Part shown: piece by piece, positions 1-11,600 of the stretch
Layout of the letters: each line of letters begins with the position of its first letter
Numbering within the stretch: the stretch's first letter is position 1
Source: an uncultured virus (IMG/VR IMGVR_UViG_2657245422_000003)
Taxonomy: Duplodnaviria > Heunggongvirae > Uroviricota > Caudoviricetes
IMG/VR virus record: IMGVR_UViG_2657245422_000003
Coordinates: 51,059-71,058 of that record
Length of the DNA: 20,000 bases
Strand: one strand, 5' to 3'
Program-made: the position numbers and the translations under genes
The notes under the pieces: model-generated
Told to the model about the DNA's origin: nothing
The model's input: the letters and a program-made list of their open reading frames with translations, nothing else
Database searches by the model: none

Positions 1-471
1 ATCGACGGAAAGATATCCGCGCTCTGTCTTCATTACGATGATCTGGCTCTGGCGCGGGTTGTCATCCACGACACACAAAAACAGTATCTCGATGCGAAGA
101 ACTTCCCGGACGGGAATGCCTCAGCCGATCCTACGCAGGAGAAACGGCGCCTTTTCTTCATCGACGTAAAGCATTATGAAGACGATGAGAAGGTGGAATT
201 TACTCTCTCCAGCCCGTTTGCCCTGCAGGGGATAATGATCCCCACTCGCCAGCTGCATGCGATTTGCACCTGGTGCATCCGCAATCAATACCGCAGTGGT
301 AACGGGTGCGACTATGCCGGCACCCGGTATTTTGACAGGAACAATCAGCCAGTTGATGACCCGTCGCAGGATGTCTGCAACGGCACGCTCACGGCCTGCA
401 AATTACGTCATGGTGAGAATAGTGAACTGCCGTTTGGCGGGTTCCCCGGCACTTCATTAATCAGGAGCTGA
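1..471 (+). CDS. L: Phage minor tail tip protein L (lambda gpL-like), 5'-truncated by the window edge
   Basis: Frame 1 is open from base 1 (IDGKISALCLHYDDLALARVVIHDTQKQYLDAKNFPDGNASADPTQE...) into the listed 193..471 ORF. The C-terminal Cys pattern (CTWC...GCDY...DVC...TACK) and the PFGGFPG ending are typical of gpL. It lies directly upstream of a K-like gene. Confidence 0.93.
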   Translation: MDGKISALCLHYDDLALARVVIHDTQKQYLDAKNFPDGNASADPTQEKRRLFFIDVKHYEDDEKVEFTLSSPFALQGIMIPTRQLHAICTWCIRNQYRSGNGCDYAGTRYFDRNNQPVDDPSQDVCNGTLTACKLRHGENSELPFGGFPGTSLIRS

Positions 472-472
472 T

Positions 473-1183
473 ATGCGTCAGAAAACGATTAAGGCCATCC
501 AGGAACATGCGGCCGCAGAATATCCGCGCGAGGCCTGCGGCCTCGTCGCCCAGAGGGGCCGAGCGGAGCGTTACTTCCCCTGCCGGAACCTGGCCACAGA
601 GTCGAAAGATAATTTTGTGCTGGCGCCGGAGGATTATGCGGAGGTTGAGGAATGGGGAACGATCACCGGTATTGTTCACAGCCATCCTGATGCCACTACC
701 CAGCCGAGCGAACTGGATAAAGCGCAATGCGACGCGATCCTTCTCCCCTGGCATATTATCAGCTGGCCAGAAGGCGATCTCCGTACCATCCACCCGCGTG
801 GTGAGTTGCCGCTCCTCGAGCGACCATTCGTGCTGGGTCACTACGATTGCTGGGGCCTGGTGATGAGCTATTTTCGGCAAACCCACGGCATCGAGCTGCA
901 CGATTACCGCGTCGATTATCCGTGGTGGGAAAAGGAGTATCCGGACAATTTTTATCAGGACTGCTGGTATGAATGCGGGTTCCGTGAGTTTGATGGTCCA
1001 CCGCAACCGGGTGATATGGTGATCATGCAGGTGCAGGCGGATAAGTGGAACCACGCCGGGATTCTGCTGGAAGGGAATATGCTGCTGCATCACCTGTATG
1101 GCCATCTCAGCAAGCGCGTGCCGTATGGTGGGTACTGGATGGAAAGGACGATGAAGATTGTTCGATACAAAACATTAACTTAG
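473..1183 (+). CDS. K: Phage tail assembly protein K (JAB/MPN domain + NlpC/P60 domain)
   Basis: JAB motif EACG...HSHPDATTQPSELD, and NlpC/P60 motifs YDCWGLV...WNHAGI...LHH. Position fits the L-K-I-J order. Confidence 0.95.
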   Translation: MRQKTIKAIQEHAAAEYPREACGLVAQRGRAERYFPCRNLATESKDNFVLAPEDYAEVEEWGTITGIVHSHPDATTQPSELDKAQCDAILLPWHIISWPEGDLRTIHPRGELPLLERPFVLGHYDCWGLVMSYFRQTHGIELHDYRVDYPWWEKEYPDNFYQDCWYECGFREFDGPPQPGDMVIMQVQADKWNHAGILLEGNMLLHHLYGHLSKRVPYGGYWMERTMKIVRYKTLT

Positions 1184-1185
1184 GC

Positions 1186-1213
1186 TTTATATATCACTTC
1201 TCTTTGGTACCAT
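1186..1213 (+). promoter_or_regulatory. Putative sigma70 promoter of the lipoprotein moron
   Basis: TTTATA (1186-1191), a 16-bp spacer, then an extended -10 TG-g-TACCAT (1205-1213), about 30 bp upstream of the ATG. Pattern match only. Confidence 0.45.
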
Positions 1214-1243
1214 CTAACTTCCTTTACTCATGGGAATATGGAT

Positions 1244-1921
1244 ATGAAGAAAGTAGTGATATTTTTAGCCACATTGGCATTAGCAGGATGTGTATCAAAC
1301 TCAGAAAGACAAAAGCAGCAAGCTGAAATTGATAGAACCACGCCATACTGTTCATCCCAAAAACAATGCGATGCGGCTTGGGCTGCTGCAAGACAGTGGG
1401 TGAATCAGAATTGTGGAATGAAAATCCAGAACTATAGTAGTGATTATATAGAAACATATAATTCCCCTGCTAATAGTGCAGCAATTGCATGCCAAGTAAC
1501 CAAAAATCCTTTGCCTACAGGTGCTAGCTCAATAAACGTACGTATATCATGCTCAAATATGTTTGGATGCGTTCCTGATGTATATCAGGCTGCTATTAAT
1601 TTCAATAAATATATTAATGATTATATTGAGAGATTTGCACCAGTCAGAATGGGCTTTATGGCACGAATGTCTGACACCAAGGGGAATGAGGTACAAAACA
1701 CGTCTTATTCTGCAGGAATGTTAATAAAAGGTGTTACTCATGACGGTCCTGCTTATAAAGCAGGTTTACGTGACGATGATATTGTCACAGCGGTAGGGAA
1801 TGATGCGGTGCGAAACCAGTACGACTTGACCTCTGTGATGGAAAAATATCACTCAGGGGATAACGTGAAAGTCACCATTTTAAGGAATGGAAAGGAATTA
1901 ATTAAAGAAGTGCATCTTTAA
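1244..1921 (+). CDS. Moron: predicted outer-membrane lipoprotein with a Cys-rich N-terminal domain and a C-terminal PDZ domain
   Basis: Signal peptide and lipobox MKKVVIFLATLALAG-C; the +2 residue is Val, not Asp. Six further Cys follow. The C-terminus GMLIKGVTHDGPAYKAGLRDDDIVTAVG...GDNVKVTILRNG matches HtrA-type PDZ domains. AT-rich relative to the flanks. ATG 1244 is preferred over 1238 for spacing from GGGAA at 1232-1236. Confidence 0.8.
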   Translation: MKKVVIFLATLALAGCVSNSERQKQQAEIDRTTPYCSSQKQCDAAWAAARQWVNQNCGMKIQNYSSDYIETYNSPANSAAIACQVTKNPLPTGASSINVRISCSNMFGCVPDVYQAAINFNKYINDYIERFAPVRMGFMARMSDTKGNEVQNTSYSAGMLIKGVTHDGPAYKAGLRDDDIVTAVGNDAVRNQYDLTSVMEKYHSGDNVKVTILRNGKELIKEVHL

Positions 1922-1928
1922 AAATTAT

Positions 1929-1958
1929 AGGCCTGATTATATTCAGGCCTTCATTTTT
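1929..1958 (+). terminator. Rho-independent terminator after the moron
   Basis: Perfect 8-bp stem AGGCCTGA (1929-1936) / TCAGGCCT (1943-1950) with a 6-nt loop, followed by TCATTTTT. Confidence 0.7.
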
Positions 1959-1967
1959 GGGGTATAT

Positions 1968-2558
1968 ATGAAAGAAACAATGACAAGGATTGAGCTTTCT
2001 GGCACCTTGGGGAAAATGTTTGGAAAAGTTCATCATCGATTGATTTCTACTACGCATGAAGCAGGTATAGCGTTAGCAAATACGATACCGGGCTTTGAAA
2101 AATTCATGATATCCAGTGAGGAACGCGGATTAACCTATGCCATATTTAAAAAAAATAAGAACATTGGACTAGATGATTTAGGTTTTCCGGTGACAGGTGA
2201 GGTTATACGTATTGTGCCTGTCGTGGTCGGGAGTAAAAAATCCGGATTCCTACAGACAATTTTAGGTGCGGTCATCGTTGCGGCTGGAGCTGTCGCTACA
2301 TTCGTATTTGATCAGCCGTGGGGTGTTAATGTAATGATGGCTGGCGGTGCCATGATGCTCGGCGGCGTCGTTCAGATGCTCTCCCCACAGCCAGCTGGCC
2401 TGGCACGAAAAGAATCCGCTGACAATAAAGCGTCCTACGCCTTTGGGGGAGTGACGAACACTGCCTCTCAGGGATACCCGGTCCCTTTGCTTTATGGAAA
2501 ACGCCGAATTGGCGGAGCCATTATATCTGCCGGTATTTACGTAGAAGACCAGCAATAA
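1968..2558 (+). CDS. I: Phage tail assembly protein I (lambda gpI-like)
   Basis: IELSGTLGKMFG N-terminus, IRIVPVVVGSK, a Gly/Ala-rich hydrophobic middle, and a SYAFGGVTNTASQGYPVPLLYGKRRIGGAIISAG C-terminus. Directly upstream of J. Confidence 0.93.
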   Translation: MKETMTRIELSGTLGKMFGKVHHRLISTTHEAGIALANTIPGFEKFMISSEERGLTYAIFKKNKNIGLDDLGFPVTGEVIRIVPVVVGSKKSGFLQTILGAVIVAAGAVATFVFDQPWGVNVMMAGGAMMLGGVVQMLSPQPAGLARKESADNKASYAFGGVTNTASQGYPVPLLYGKRRIGGAIISAGIYVEDQQ

Positions 2559-2584
2559 GTTTTATTCAGTAAACCATCCAATTC

Positions 2585-2609
2585 AGGCCACCTTGCGGTG
2601 GCTTTTTTT
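2585..2609 (+). terminator. Rho-independent terminator-like hairpin between I and J
   Basis: GCCACC-ttgc-GGTGGC stem-loop followed by T7. Confidence 0.75.
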
Positions 2610-2620
2610 ATGGGCGTAAT

Positions 2621-5600
2621 ATGGCAAATAACATAATTAAAGGGCGCAAGGGTGGCGGCTCAAAGCAGCGTACACCGACGGAACAGCCGGATGATTTACA
2701 GTCCGTTGCGAAAGCCAAAATTCTGCTCGCATTAGGTGAGGGTGAATTTGCAGGTGGTTTAACCGGGAAAGATATTTATCTTGATGGCACCCCGCTTGAA
2801 AATGCTGATGGTTCGCAAAACTTCAGTGGCGTGTCCTGGGAATTTCGCCCCGGCACGCAGGCTCAGACTTATATTCAGGGTATTCCCGGTACTGAAAATG
2901 AAATCAGTGTAGGAACGGAAGTTTCCAGCAAGACAGCCTGGACCCATACCTTTACTAATACCCAGCTTTCTGCCGTTCGTGTCCGCCTGAAATGGCCGTC
3001 CCTGATGAAACAGGAAGATGACGGCGACGTGGTGGGCAATACCGTCAAGTATGCGATTGACCTGCAGACCGACGGCGGCACCTGGCAGACGGTGCTGGAA
3101 ACCGCTGTCACGGGTAAAACCACCTCCGGTTATGAGCGGAGCCATCGTATTGATCTGCCCCATGCCGGCAGTACCTGGACGCTACGCCTGCGTAAAATCT
3201 CTCCGGATGCAAACAGTGTCAAAGTTGGCGACGTGATGACGCTGCAGAGCTATACCGAAGTGATTGACGCGAAGCTGCGTTATCCCAACACCGCGCTGCT
3301 TTATATCGAGTTCGACTCCAGCCAGTTTAATGGCTCCATTCCGCAAATTTCCTGTGAGCCGCGTGGGCGCGTGATTCGTGTGCCGGATAACTACAATCCG
3401 GAAACCCGCGAATATACCGGCGTCTGGACCGGCGGGTTTAAATGGGCCTGGACGGATAACCCGGCCTGGATCTATTACGACATTGTTACAGCTGACCGTT
3501 TTGGTCTCGGTAATCGTCTGAGCAGCGCCAATATTTCGAAATGGACGTTGTACCAGATTGCACAGTACTGCGATCAGCTGGTTCCTGACGGGCGTGGTGG
3601 TGACGGCATGGAGCCGCGCTATACCTGTAACGTCTATGTCCAGGAACGCAACGATGCTTACACCGTGCTGCGAGACTTTGCCGCCATTTTCCGGGGCATG
3701 ACCTGCTGGAACGGTGAGCAGATTGTTGTGCAGGCTGATATGCCGCGTGATGTCGATTTTACCTATACGCGCGCCAATATTGTCGGCAAACCCCGTTATT
3801 CGAGCAGCAGCAGCCAGGTTCGGTACACCAACGCCCTGATTTCCTGGTCTGATCCGGATAATGCTTATGCTGATGCAATGGAGCCGGCGTTTATCCCGGA
3901 ACTGGTTTCCCGCTACAGTTTTAACCAGCTCGAAATGACCGCGATTGGCTGTACGCGCCAGAGCGAAGCCCACCGTAAGGGGCTGTGGGGCATACTGACC
4001 AACAACAAAGACCGGGTCGTTGAGTTTGATGTGGGGCTGGACGGTCGCATTCCTCAACCCGGTTATATCATTGCCCTGGCGGATGAGTTGCTGGCCGGAC
4101 GGGTCAACGGCGGGCGAATCAGCGCGGTGAATGGCCGGGTGATTACGCTGGATCGTGATGTGGATGCCAAACCTGGCGACCGCCTCCAGCTAAACCTGCC
4201 ATCCGGGATCTCACAGAGCCGGACTATTCAGGCTGTTAACGGACGCCGGCAGATTACGGTCACAACGGCGTACAGTGAGACACCAGAACGGGAATGCGTC
4301 TGGGCCATTGAATCCGATGACCTCTTCCTGCAGCAGTACCGGGTTACAGGGGTAAAAGAGAACAGCGATGCCACCCTCACGATCACCGGCGTGGCACATG
4401 ACCCGGATAAATTCCCCCGCATCGATACCGGCGCTATTATCGACCAGCGCCCGGTTAGCGTATTGCCGGCGGGCAACCAGTCACCTCCTGACGATATTGT
4501 CATCACATCCCGCTCGGTTGTGAATCAGGGGATCAGCGTCGAAACGATGCAGGTTAACTGGTCAGCGGTCAGCGGTGCAATTGCCTACGAGGCGCAGTGG
4601 CGCCGTAACGACGGGAACTGGATTAATGTGCCGCGCAGCTCGACCACCTCGTTTGAGGTCAGCGGCATCTATGCCGGTCGTTACCTGGTTCGCGTCCGCG
4701 CGATCAATGCGGCGGAGATTTCGAGCGGGTGGGCGTATTCCGAAGAGAAAACCCTGACCGGCAAGGTCGGCGAGCCGCTGGCACCGCTGGCGCTGGCAAC
4801 CCGTTCGCTGGTTCATGGGGTCCAGGTTAGCTGGGAGTTCCCGACCGGCTCCGGGGATACGCTGCGCACGGAACTGCAGTACAGCAAAAATCAGGACGGC
4901 AGTGCGCCGATGCCGTTATCAGACGTGGCCTATCCGGGGAAAAGCTATCAGCAGATGGGCCTCAGTATGGGCGCCGAATTCTGGTACCGGGCGCGCCTTG
5001 TGGATCGTCTTGGCAATGAAAGCCCGTGGACAGGCTGGGTCCAGGGGATGGCCAGCGATAACTTTGATGACTACTACGAAAACCTGACCGACGCGATCAA
5101 GGATACGGCTGCCTGGGAGGAAACGCAGCGCACCATTAGCGAAACGCAGGAAGGTATCCGCAATACGCAGCAGGAACTGGAGCAGACCGCTGAAGCTTTG
5201 CGTAAGGAAGCCGAAGACCAGGCGAAGCAGGTCAGCCAGGATATTGAAGCATCGGCGAAAAGCATCACTGCTGATGTTGACGGGAAGATCTCCGCCGTGA
5301 ATAAAACCATCACGGATGAGATAACCTCGGTCAATGAGGCTCTCGATTCTGGTCTGGCTCAGGCAAACAAAGGTGTTCAGGAGGCAAAATCCGCCGTCGC
5401 AGATGCGAACAAGCAGATCGCAACTGTGAACAAGTCGTTGACCGACAGCATCACCCAGGTCAGACAGTCAGTCACTGATACGGCTGCGGAAATCAACGCC
5501 ACCATCGACCTGGAGATTGCCAGGGTCAACAAAACGCTGGCCGACGGCGATGCCGCATTGAATGCGCAGATAAAGACTGCCGAAAATGGCCTGAAGCAGT

Positions 5601-8600
5601 CGCTGTCTCAGGTCAACACCACGCTGACCAGTGCGGTGAAGCAGGAGACCGCGGATCGTATCGCCGATGTTAACGCGAAGGCGGCACAGGCCGCTGATGA
5701 ACTGCTGGCGGCAACGCAGGGGATTGAGGCGAGTATCGAGAGCCTGACTCAGGTGATGAAGACCGCCGATGAAAATCTGGCGCGGGAAATGTCCAGCCTC
5801 GCTGCCGGCGCTAATATCCAGTTCGATTCGCAGGTTATCTGGCATTTCAACAATCAGACGACCGAGGGCTGGACCGGCAGCGCCGGCGTACCGGGTGTGT
5901 CACAGGATGGCTGGTTACGCCCGGCGGACAGCGCCACCGATCCGTACATTACCTCTCCTGGCGGGCTGGCTGTCGATGGTGCGGCGTACCGTTTCATCAT
6001 GCTGCGCTTTCGTAAAACCGGCAAACCCGTCTGGGCGGGTGAGATCCGCTGGGTGTCTGCCGGCGAAAACTTCAATAACACGAAGCGATACATTGTTGCT
6101 GAGCCGGAATATGCCGATGGGGTGGCAACCCTGACGGTGCGTGATATTCCGTGGACAGGGAACATTGATCGTATTCGCCTGGATCTGACGAACCAGCAGG
6201 ATGCCAGCAACTTTATCGAATTCGACTGGATCGCCGTTGGCCGGCCAGCACCCGGCGCCAGTACGGCGGCTTTGCAGGATGTGCGCAGTACGCTGAGTAA
6301 CGCGCTGACCGCCGAAGCGCAGGCACGCAGCACGCTGGCGGCGCAGATGCGTGGCTCCTATGATGGGAGCGATCTGGAGAAAGTCACTTCCGGGCTGCTG
6401 TACCAGGAAAAAACCGCGCGCGTTACCGCCATCTCGGCGGAAGTTAAGGCCAGAGAGTCCCTGCAGACGCAGTTTAACGACAACAAAGCTGCTGTTTCTG
6501 GTGAACTGAGTTCTCTGACGACAGAGCAGAGCGCGCAGGCGAGCCGTATCGGTGGCCTGGAAACCAGCCTCGGGAAAAAAGCCGATGCGGCCGCGCTGAC
6601 GTCCCTGACGCAGAAAGTGGAGCAACAGGGCGCCACGCTGACATCGCAGGGCGCCGCGTTAACATCGCTCACTAACCGGGTTGGCCAGACGGAAACGGGC
6701 CTGGCTGGTACGAATGAGGCGCTGAGCGGGCTGCAGTCTGTTGTTACCCGGCAGGGCGACAGGATAACCAGCCAGGGTCAGTCCATCACGAAACTGACGA
6801 GCGATTTGGGCACGACAAATGCCGCGCTGGCGAAGAAAGCGGAGGCGGCTGCGGTCACTGCCTTAACGCAGCAGGTAGAGCAAAACGGGCAGGATATTCG
6901 CAGCAATACTGACAGCATCACCAGCCTGTCAAATCAACTGGTTAATGGCCAGCCGAATCGCTGGTCCCGTCGACTCTATCCTGTGCAGCTGGCTAACGCC
7001 GGGACAGTCCCGTCATTCAGCGATATTCGCGCCGTGGCGCCAACGGTCGTGGATGAGGTGGCCGACGCGGCCAAACTGGACTTTACGTCCGCCGGCAGCT
7101 ATCTGATCGCGCAGTATTCCTGCCAGGTGAAAGTGGCCGCAGATACCACCATCACACTGGCGCCCGGCGCCAGGGTTTTTGATGATACCGGCGCCATATT
7201 TGTGAACGGGGTTCAGGTCGCCTGGGGTAACGCCAGCTGGAATACCGTCAGTTTTGAACTGAAAGGCGGCTGGAACACCGTTGAATTTCTGGTGAATCAG
7301 TGGACCGGCCAGGCGTATATCAACCTGGGCCTGAAGCTGTCAGACAAGGTTGCTGAGATGTACTCCGGTCTCGGGGTATCCGCGCTGGCAAACGCAGCCG
7401 GCGTGCTCAGCTCGAATGTCAGCCAGATTGGCAACGAGGTGGTCAGCAATTCGCAGAGCATCACCCAACTCCGGAATGCGCTGACGCAGACAGACGTGAA
7501 CGTGGCCAGCAAAGCGGATCAGACGGCGATGAACTCGCTAACCGGACGAGTGGAGAAAACGGAATCCGGGCTAACGGCTGCTAACGCCAACATTACCTCG
7601 CTGAAATCCGCTGTACGGGCCGGAAACGCATCAGGCGGAGATTTAATTCCCAACCCGACATTTGACCCGGCTTACGACCAGATGGGGTTTAGCGTCGTAT
7701 CCACGACGGCTGAGGAGGTCCCTCCTGGCTGCCCGTATGGTTATGCGGCCCGAATTGCCAGCCGGGATCACCATCCTGAGTTTGCCGCGTTCCCGGCCAC
7801 GCTTAACGATGTGATTGAGATCAGCGCACTGGTTGCCTGCGGCGCCGGCACGGCGAATTTTAATCTGTATGTTGGCACCGCCGTTCGGCCAGATACGAGC
7901 ACCGGTGCGCCACTCATGGCGGGGGGCGGGAAATCACCCTCCGCGACCTGGCAGAGAACCACCTGGCGCTTCAAGGTCACGCAGGCGATGGTGGACAGGG
8001 GTTATATCCGCCCGTTCCTGCAGATCTCGCAGAACAGCCCGTATGGCACCGTATGGTTCGTTACGGACTGGCATATGCGAAATGTGACAGCGGCGCAAAA
8101 GGTTCAGGATACTGCGGATGCCACGGCGGCGGCGGTTGACTCCCTGACCACCACCGTGACGCAACAGGGTAATCTGCTGACCTCGACCGGCAACCGGACA
8201 ACCCAGCTGGAAAACGGGCTGGCAACCACCAATGCCGCAGTGGCCAAAAAGGCTGATGCGACAGCGGTGCAGAATTTGACCAATACCGTCACACAGCTGG
8301 GCAACGACCTGACGGCTGCGAACAGCGCCATCACGAAACTGACCGGAAATCTGGCGAATACCGATAAAGCGCTGGCGCAGAAAGCCGATGCGACAGCGCT
8401 GGCCACGCTCGACACGAAAGTGACGCAGCAGGGCAAAACGCTGGAGAGCCAGAGCAATTCGCTGACGAACCTGTCGAACAGCCTCTCGCACGTCGCGGCA
8501 GATATCGATGCCAGCGGGCAGATACCGGGTAACCTGGTCGTGAATCCCTCGTTTGAACGTGGGCTGGATGGTTACGCCGGGCGGTCAACCGCGACCAGTG

Positions 8601-11600
8601 TGGTGGAGGTTTCCGTTCCTCATAGCGGGACGCGGGCGCTGAAGGTTGATCCGGGGAATGTGACTCCGGGGCAATACATCCCGTTTATTCAGGGGCGAAC
8701 CTATGAAATCGGGGTGTGGGTCAAGGAACCCGGAGCGACGACGGATAATGGCGCGGGGAACAACAAGCTGCGGATCGGCAACTCTGCCGGCCAGCCGGTT
8801 TTTGAGCGTCCATACAACAGCGGTACGGTGGGGACAAACTGGACCCTGATTTCCGGTCGCTGGAAAGCGACGGAGACAGCCAGCCTGCCGGTGACGCTGA
8901 GTAACTATCTGATTAGCGGCAGCCGCTACTTCGATGACTTTTACGTCACTGACGTTACCGACCGGGTGGACATCGATGCCACCGCCGGCGCCGTTACCGG
9001 ACTGACGAGCCGGGTCAGCACAGCGGAAGGGGCCATCACCTCACAAAGCCAGCAGCTGACGAACCTGCAGAACAGCCTGAACACGACCAACAGCAATGTG
9101 TCGAAGAAGGCCGATGCAACGGCACTGACTTCGGTCGATAACCGGGTGACAGAGGCGGAAGGGAAACTGACCACACAGAGCCAGCAGCTGACAAATCTGG
9201 CGAATGTGCTGACGGCCACCCGCAACGCCGGCGACAACCTGATCCCGAACTTTGATTTTCTGCAGGGCAGCACGGCCTGGGATATCCAGTATCCTGCCGG
9301 TGTGACCTTTGGCGATTTCGGGGACGGGAAAGCGGGGGTCCGACTGAACCGGACGACTAACACCAGTCCGGGGATCTTCTCCAACAACAACAAGCCGGTG
9401 CCGCTGAATGGCCAGCGCAAGTACCGGGTGGTGGTGAAGGCCAAAGGTGTTTCCGGCGCGATGAGTCTGCTGATCCGTCGCCAGAACAAAATCGGCCAGA
9501 CGGACAGTACGTATGAGGATAAAACGGTCACGCTGACCACTGACTGGCAAACCATCACCTGGGAAACCGGATTGACGGCTGCCGGCGCGGACGGGCAGAA
9601 CTTCAAACTTTATTCTCATCCGACAAACGGTGAAATCTGGCTCGATTCCGTCCGGGTGTTTGATATCACCGATGAAACCAACATCAAGGCGACCAGCGAT
9701 GCTGTTTCGTCTCTGACCGGGACGGTGACGAACCAGGGGAACACCCTGACATCGCAGGGGCAATCCATCACGGCGCTGAAAAACGCGCTGGAAGGGGTCA
9801 AAGGCGATGTGGCGAAGAAGGCCGATGCGTCGGCGGTCAGTTCACTGACCAACCGGGTTACCCAGACTGAAAAGGATATCCGTAGCCAGGCCGACAGCCT
9901 GACCAGCCTGAATACATCGCTGAAGCAGCAGGCGACACGGGGAGCCAACGTACTGCCGGACGGCAGTTTTGAATCCTATGCCGTCGGCGATGTTCTCAGT
10001 AATGCCCGCGCCGTTATCACCAGTGAAGCTGCGCACAGCGGGACTAAAAGCCTGCGTGTTACGCGCAGTACGGAGTACAACCCGAACGCGACGGATAATA
10101 ACGATACCCATATCTTTTCGGGCATGCAGGTTCGCGATAACGCGGTCTATTACGTGGAGGCGTGGGTTAAGTTGCCGGCTGGCTCGACCGCCGATCCGAC
10201 CGTTTATATGGTGCTCGGATTTTCCTTCCAGGATTCTGCCAATGGCTGGTCGTGGCCTGGCCTGAACGTAAAAGTCTCCGGGTTGTCGGTGGACAACTGG
10301 ACAAAAGTCAGTGGCTATCTGACCAACAACCGAACCGCGCTGAAACAGGCAATGGTGAGGATCTCCATCCCGAACACACCAAAAGTTCGCCTGGGTGACG
10401 CCTTCCTGATTGATGATCTGATCATCACTGACGTGACCGATGCGAAAGCGGCGCTCGATGCCGCCGATGCGAATGCGCAGGCGCTTTCCAGTCTGTCCGC
10501 GTCAGTCACGCAGAACGGGAAGAATATTACGTCTCAGGGCAGCGCGATCACGAAACTGCAGTCAGATGTGACGCAACTAGGAAAGGATATCAGCGGCAAG
10601 GCCGATGCCAGAGCGCTGACGAATCTGACGACTCGCGTGACGGCTACCGAAGGCAGCCTGAGATCGCAGGGAGACAGCCTGACCAGCCTGCAGAACAGCC
10701 TGAACACGACCAACAGCAATGTGGCGAAGAAGGCTGATGCAACGGCGCTGCAGAGCCTGCAGAATACCGTTGAACAGCATGGCAGGGATCTGACCACGCA
10801 AAGCAGCGCGCTGACGAACCTGGAAAACAACTTTTCCTCCCTGGCCGTGGGCGGGACCAACCTTATCCGCAATGCGGACACACTGGAGGGATGGAGCAGC
10901 CGCCACGCCACAGAGACCTATCTGGGCGACCGCGTGGCCTACACCCGGCTGGCGAAAGGTGCATCCGGTTTTACCCAACTGGATGAACAGACGCTGGAAG
11001 TTACCGGGCGTACGGAATTTGTATTCAGCTTCTATGCGAAAGGGGCTTATGACGGGCAGGAGATGGCGAGTTATTTCTATAACCCATCGAACACCACCAC
11101 CACGGAAACCAGCCAGGGCGTTAAAGGCGGGGCCGGTGACGGCAAGGCGGTCACGAAACTGACCACCGCATGGGCGCGTTACTGGGTGAAATGGGTTATT
11201 CCTGCCACCAGTGGCACCAAACGGCTGATTGCCGCGCGTCTGGAAAGCGCGACGTCTGCCGACAAAGAAGTCTGGCTCTGCCGCCCTCAGCTGGAAACCG
11301 GGACCGTGCTGACCGACTGGTCACCGAGTCCGGATGATGCGGCCAGCGGTATTACCGCGAACACATCGGCCATTAATAGCCTCACCAGTCGGGTGACGAA
11401 CGCCGAGGGGCAACTGACCGCGCAGTCTCAGAGCATCACGAATCTGCAGAACAGCCTGAACACCACCAACAACAACGTGGCACAAAAGGCCAGCGCGCAG
11501 TCGGTGAGTGATCTCACCAGCCGGGTCACCAGTGCGGAAGGCAAAATCACCGCCCAGGGGCAGGCTATCACGAAGCTGCAGGGCGATTTGAGCAGCACCA

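Noticed and set aside
461..1105. 214-aa minus-strand ORF opposite K
   Set aside because: It lies almost entirely antisense to the well-supported K gene and has no recognisable domain.
2145..2155. TTTAAAAAAAA run in gene I (and A8 at 19413-19420 in the EAL gene) as frameshift or phase-variation sites
   Set aside because: Both genes are intact in frame, and such runs are expected in AT-rich, Lys-rich coding sequence.
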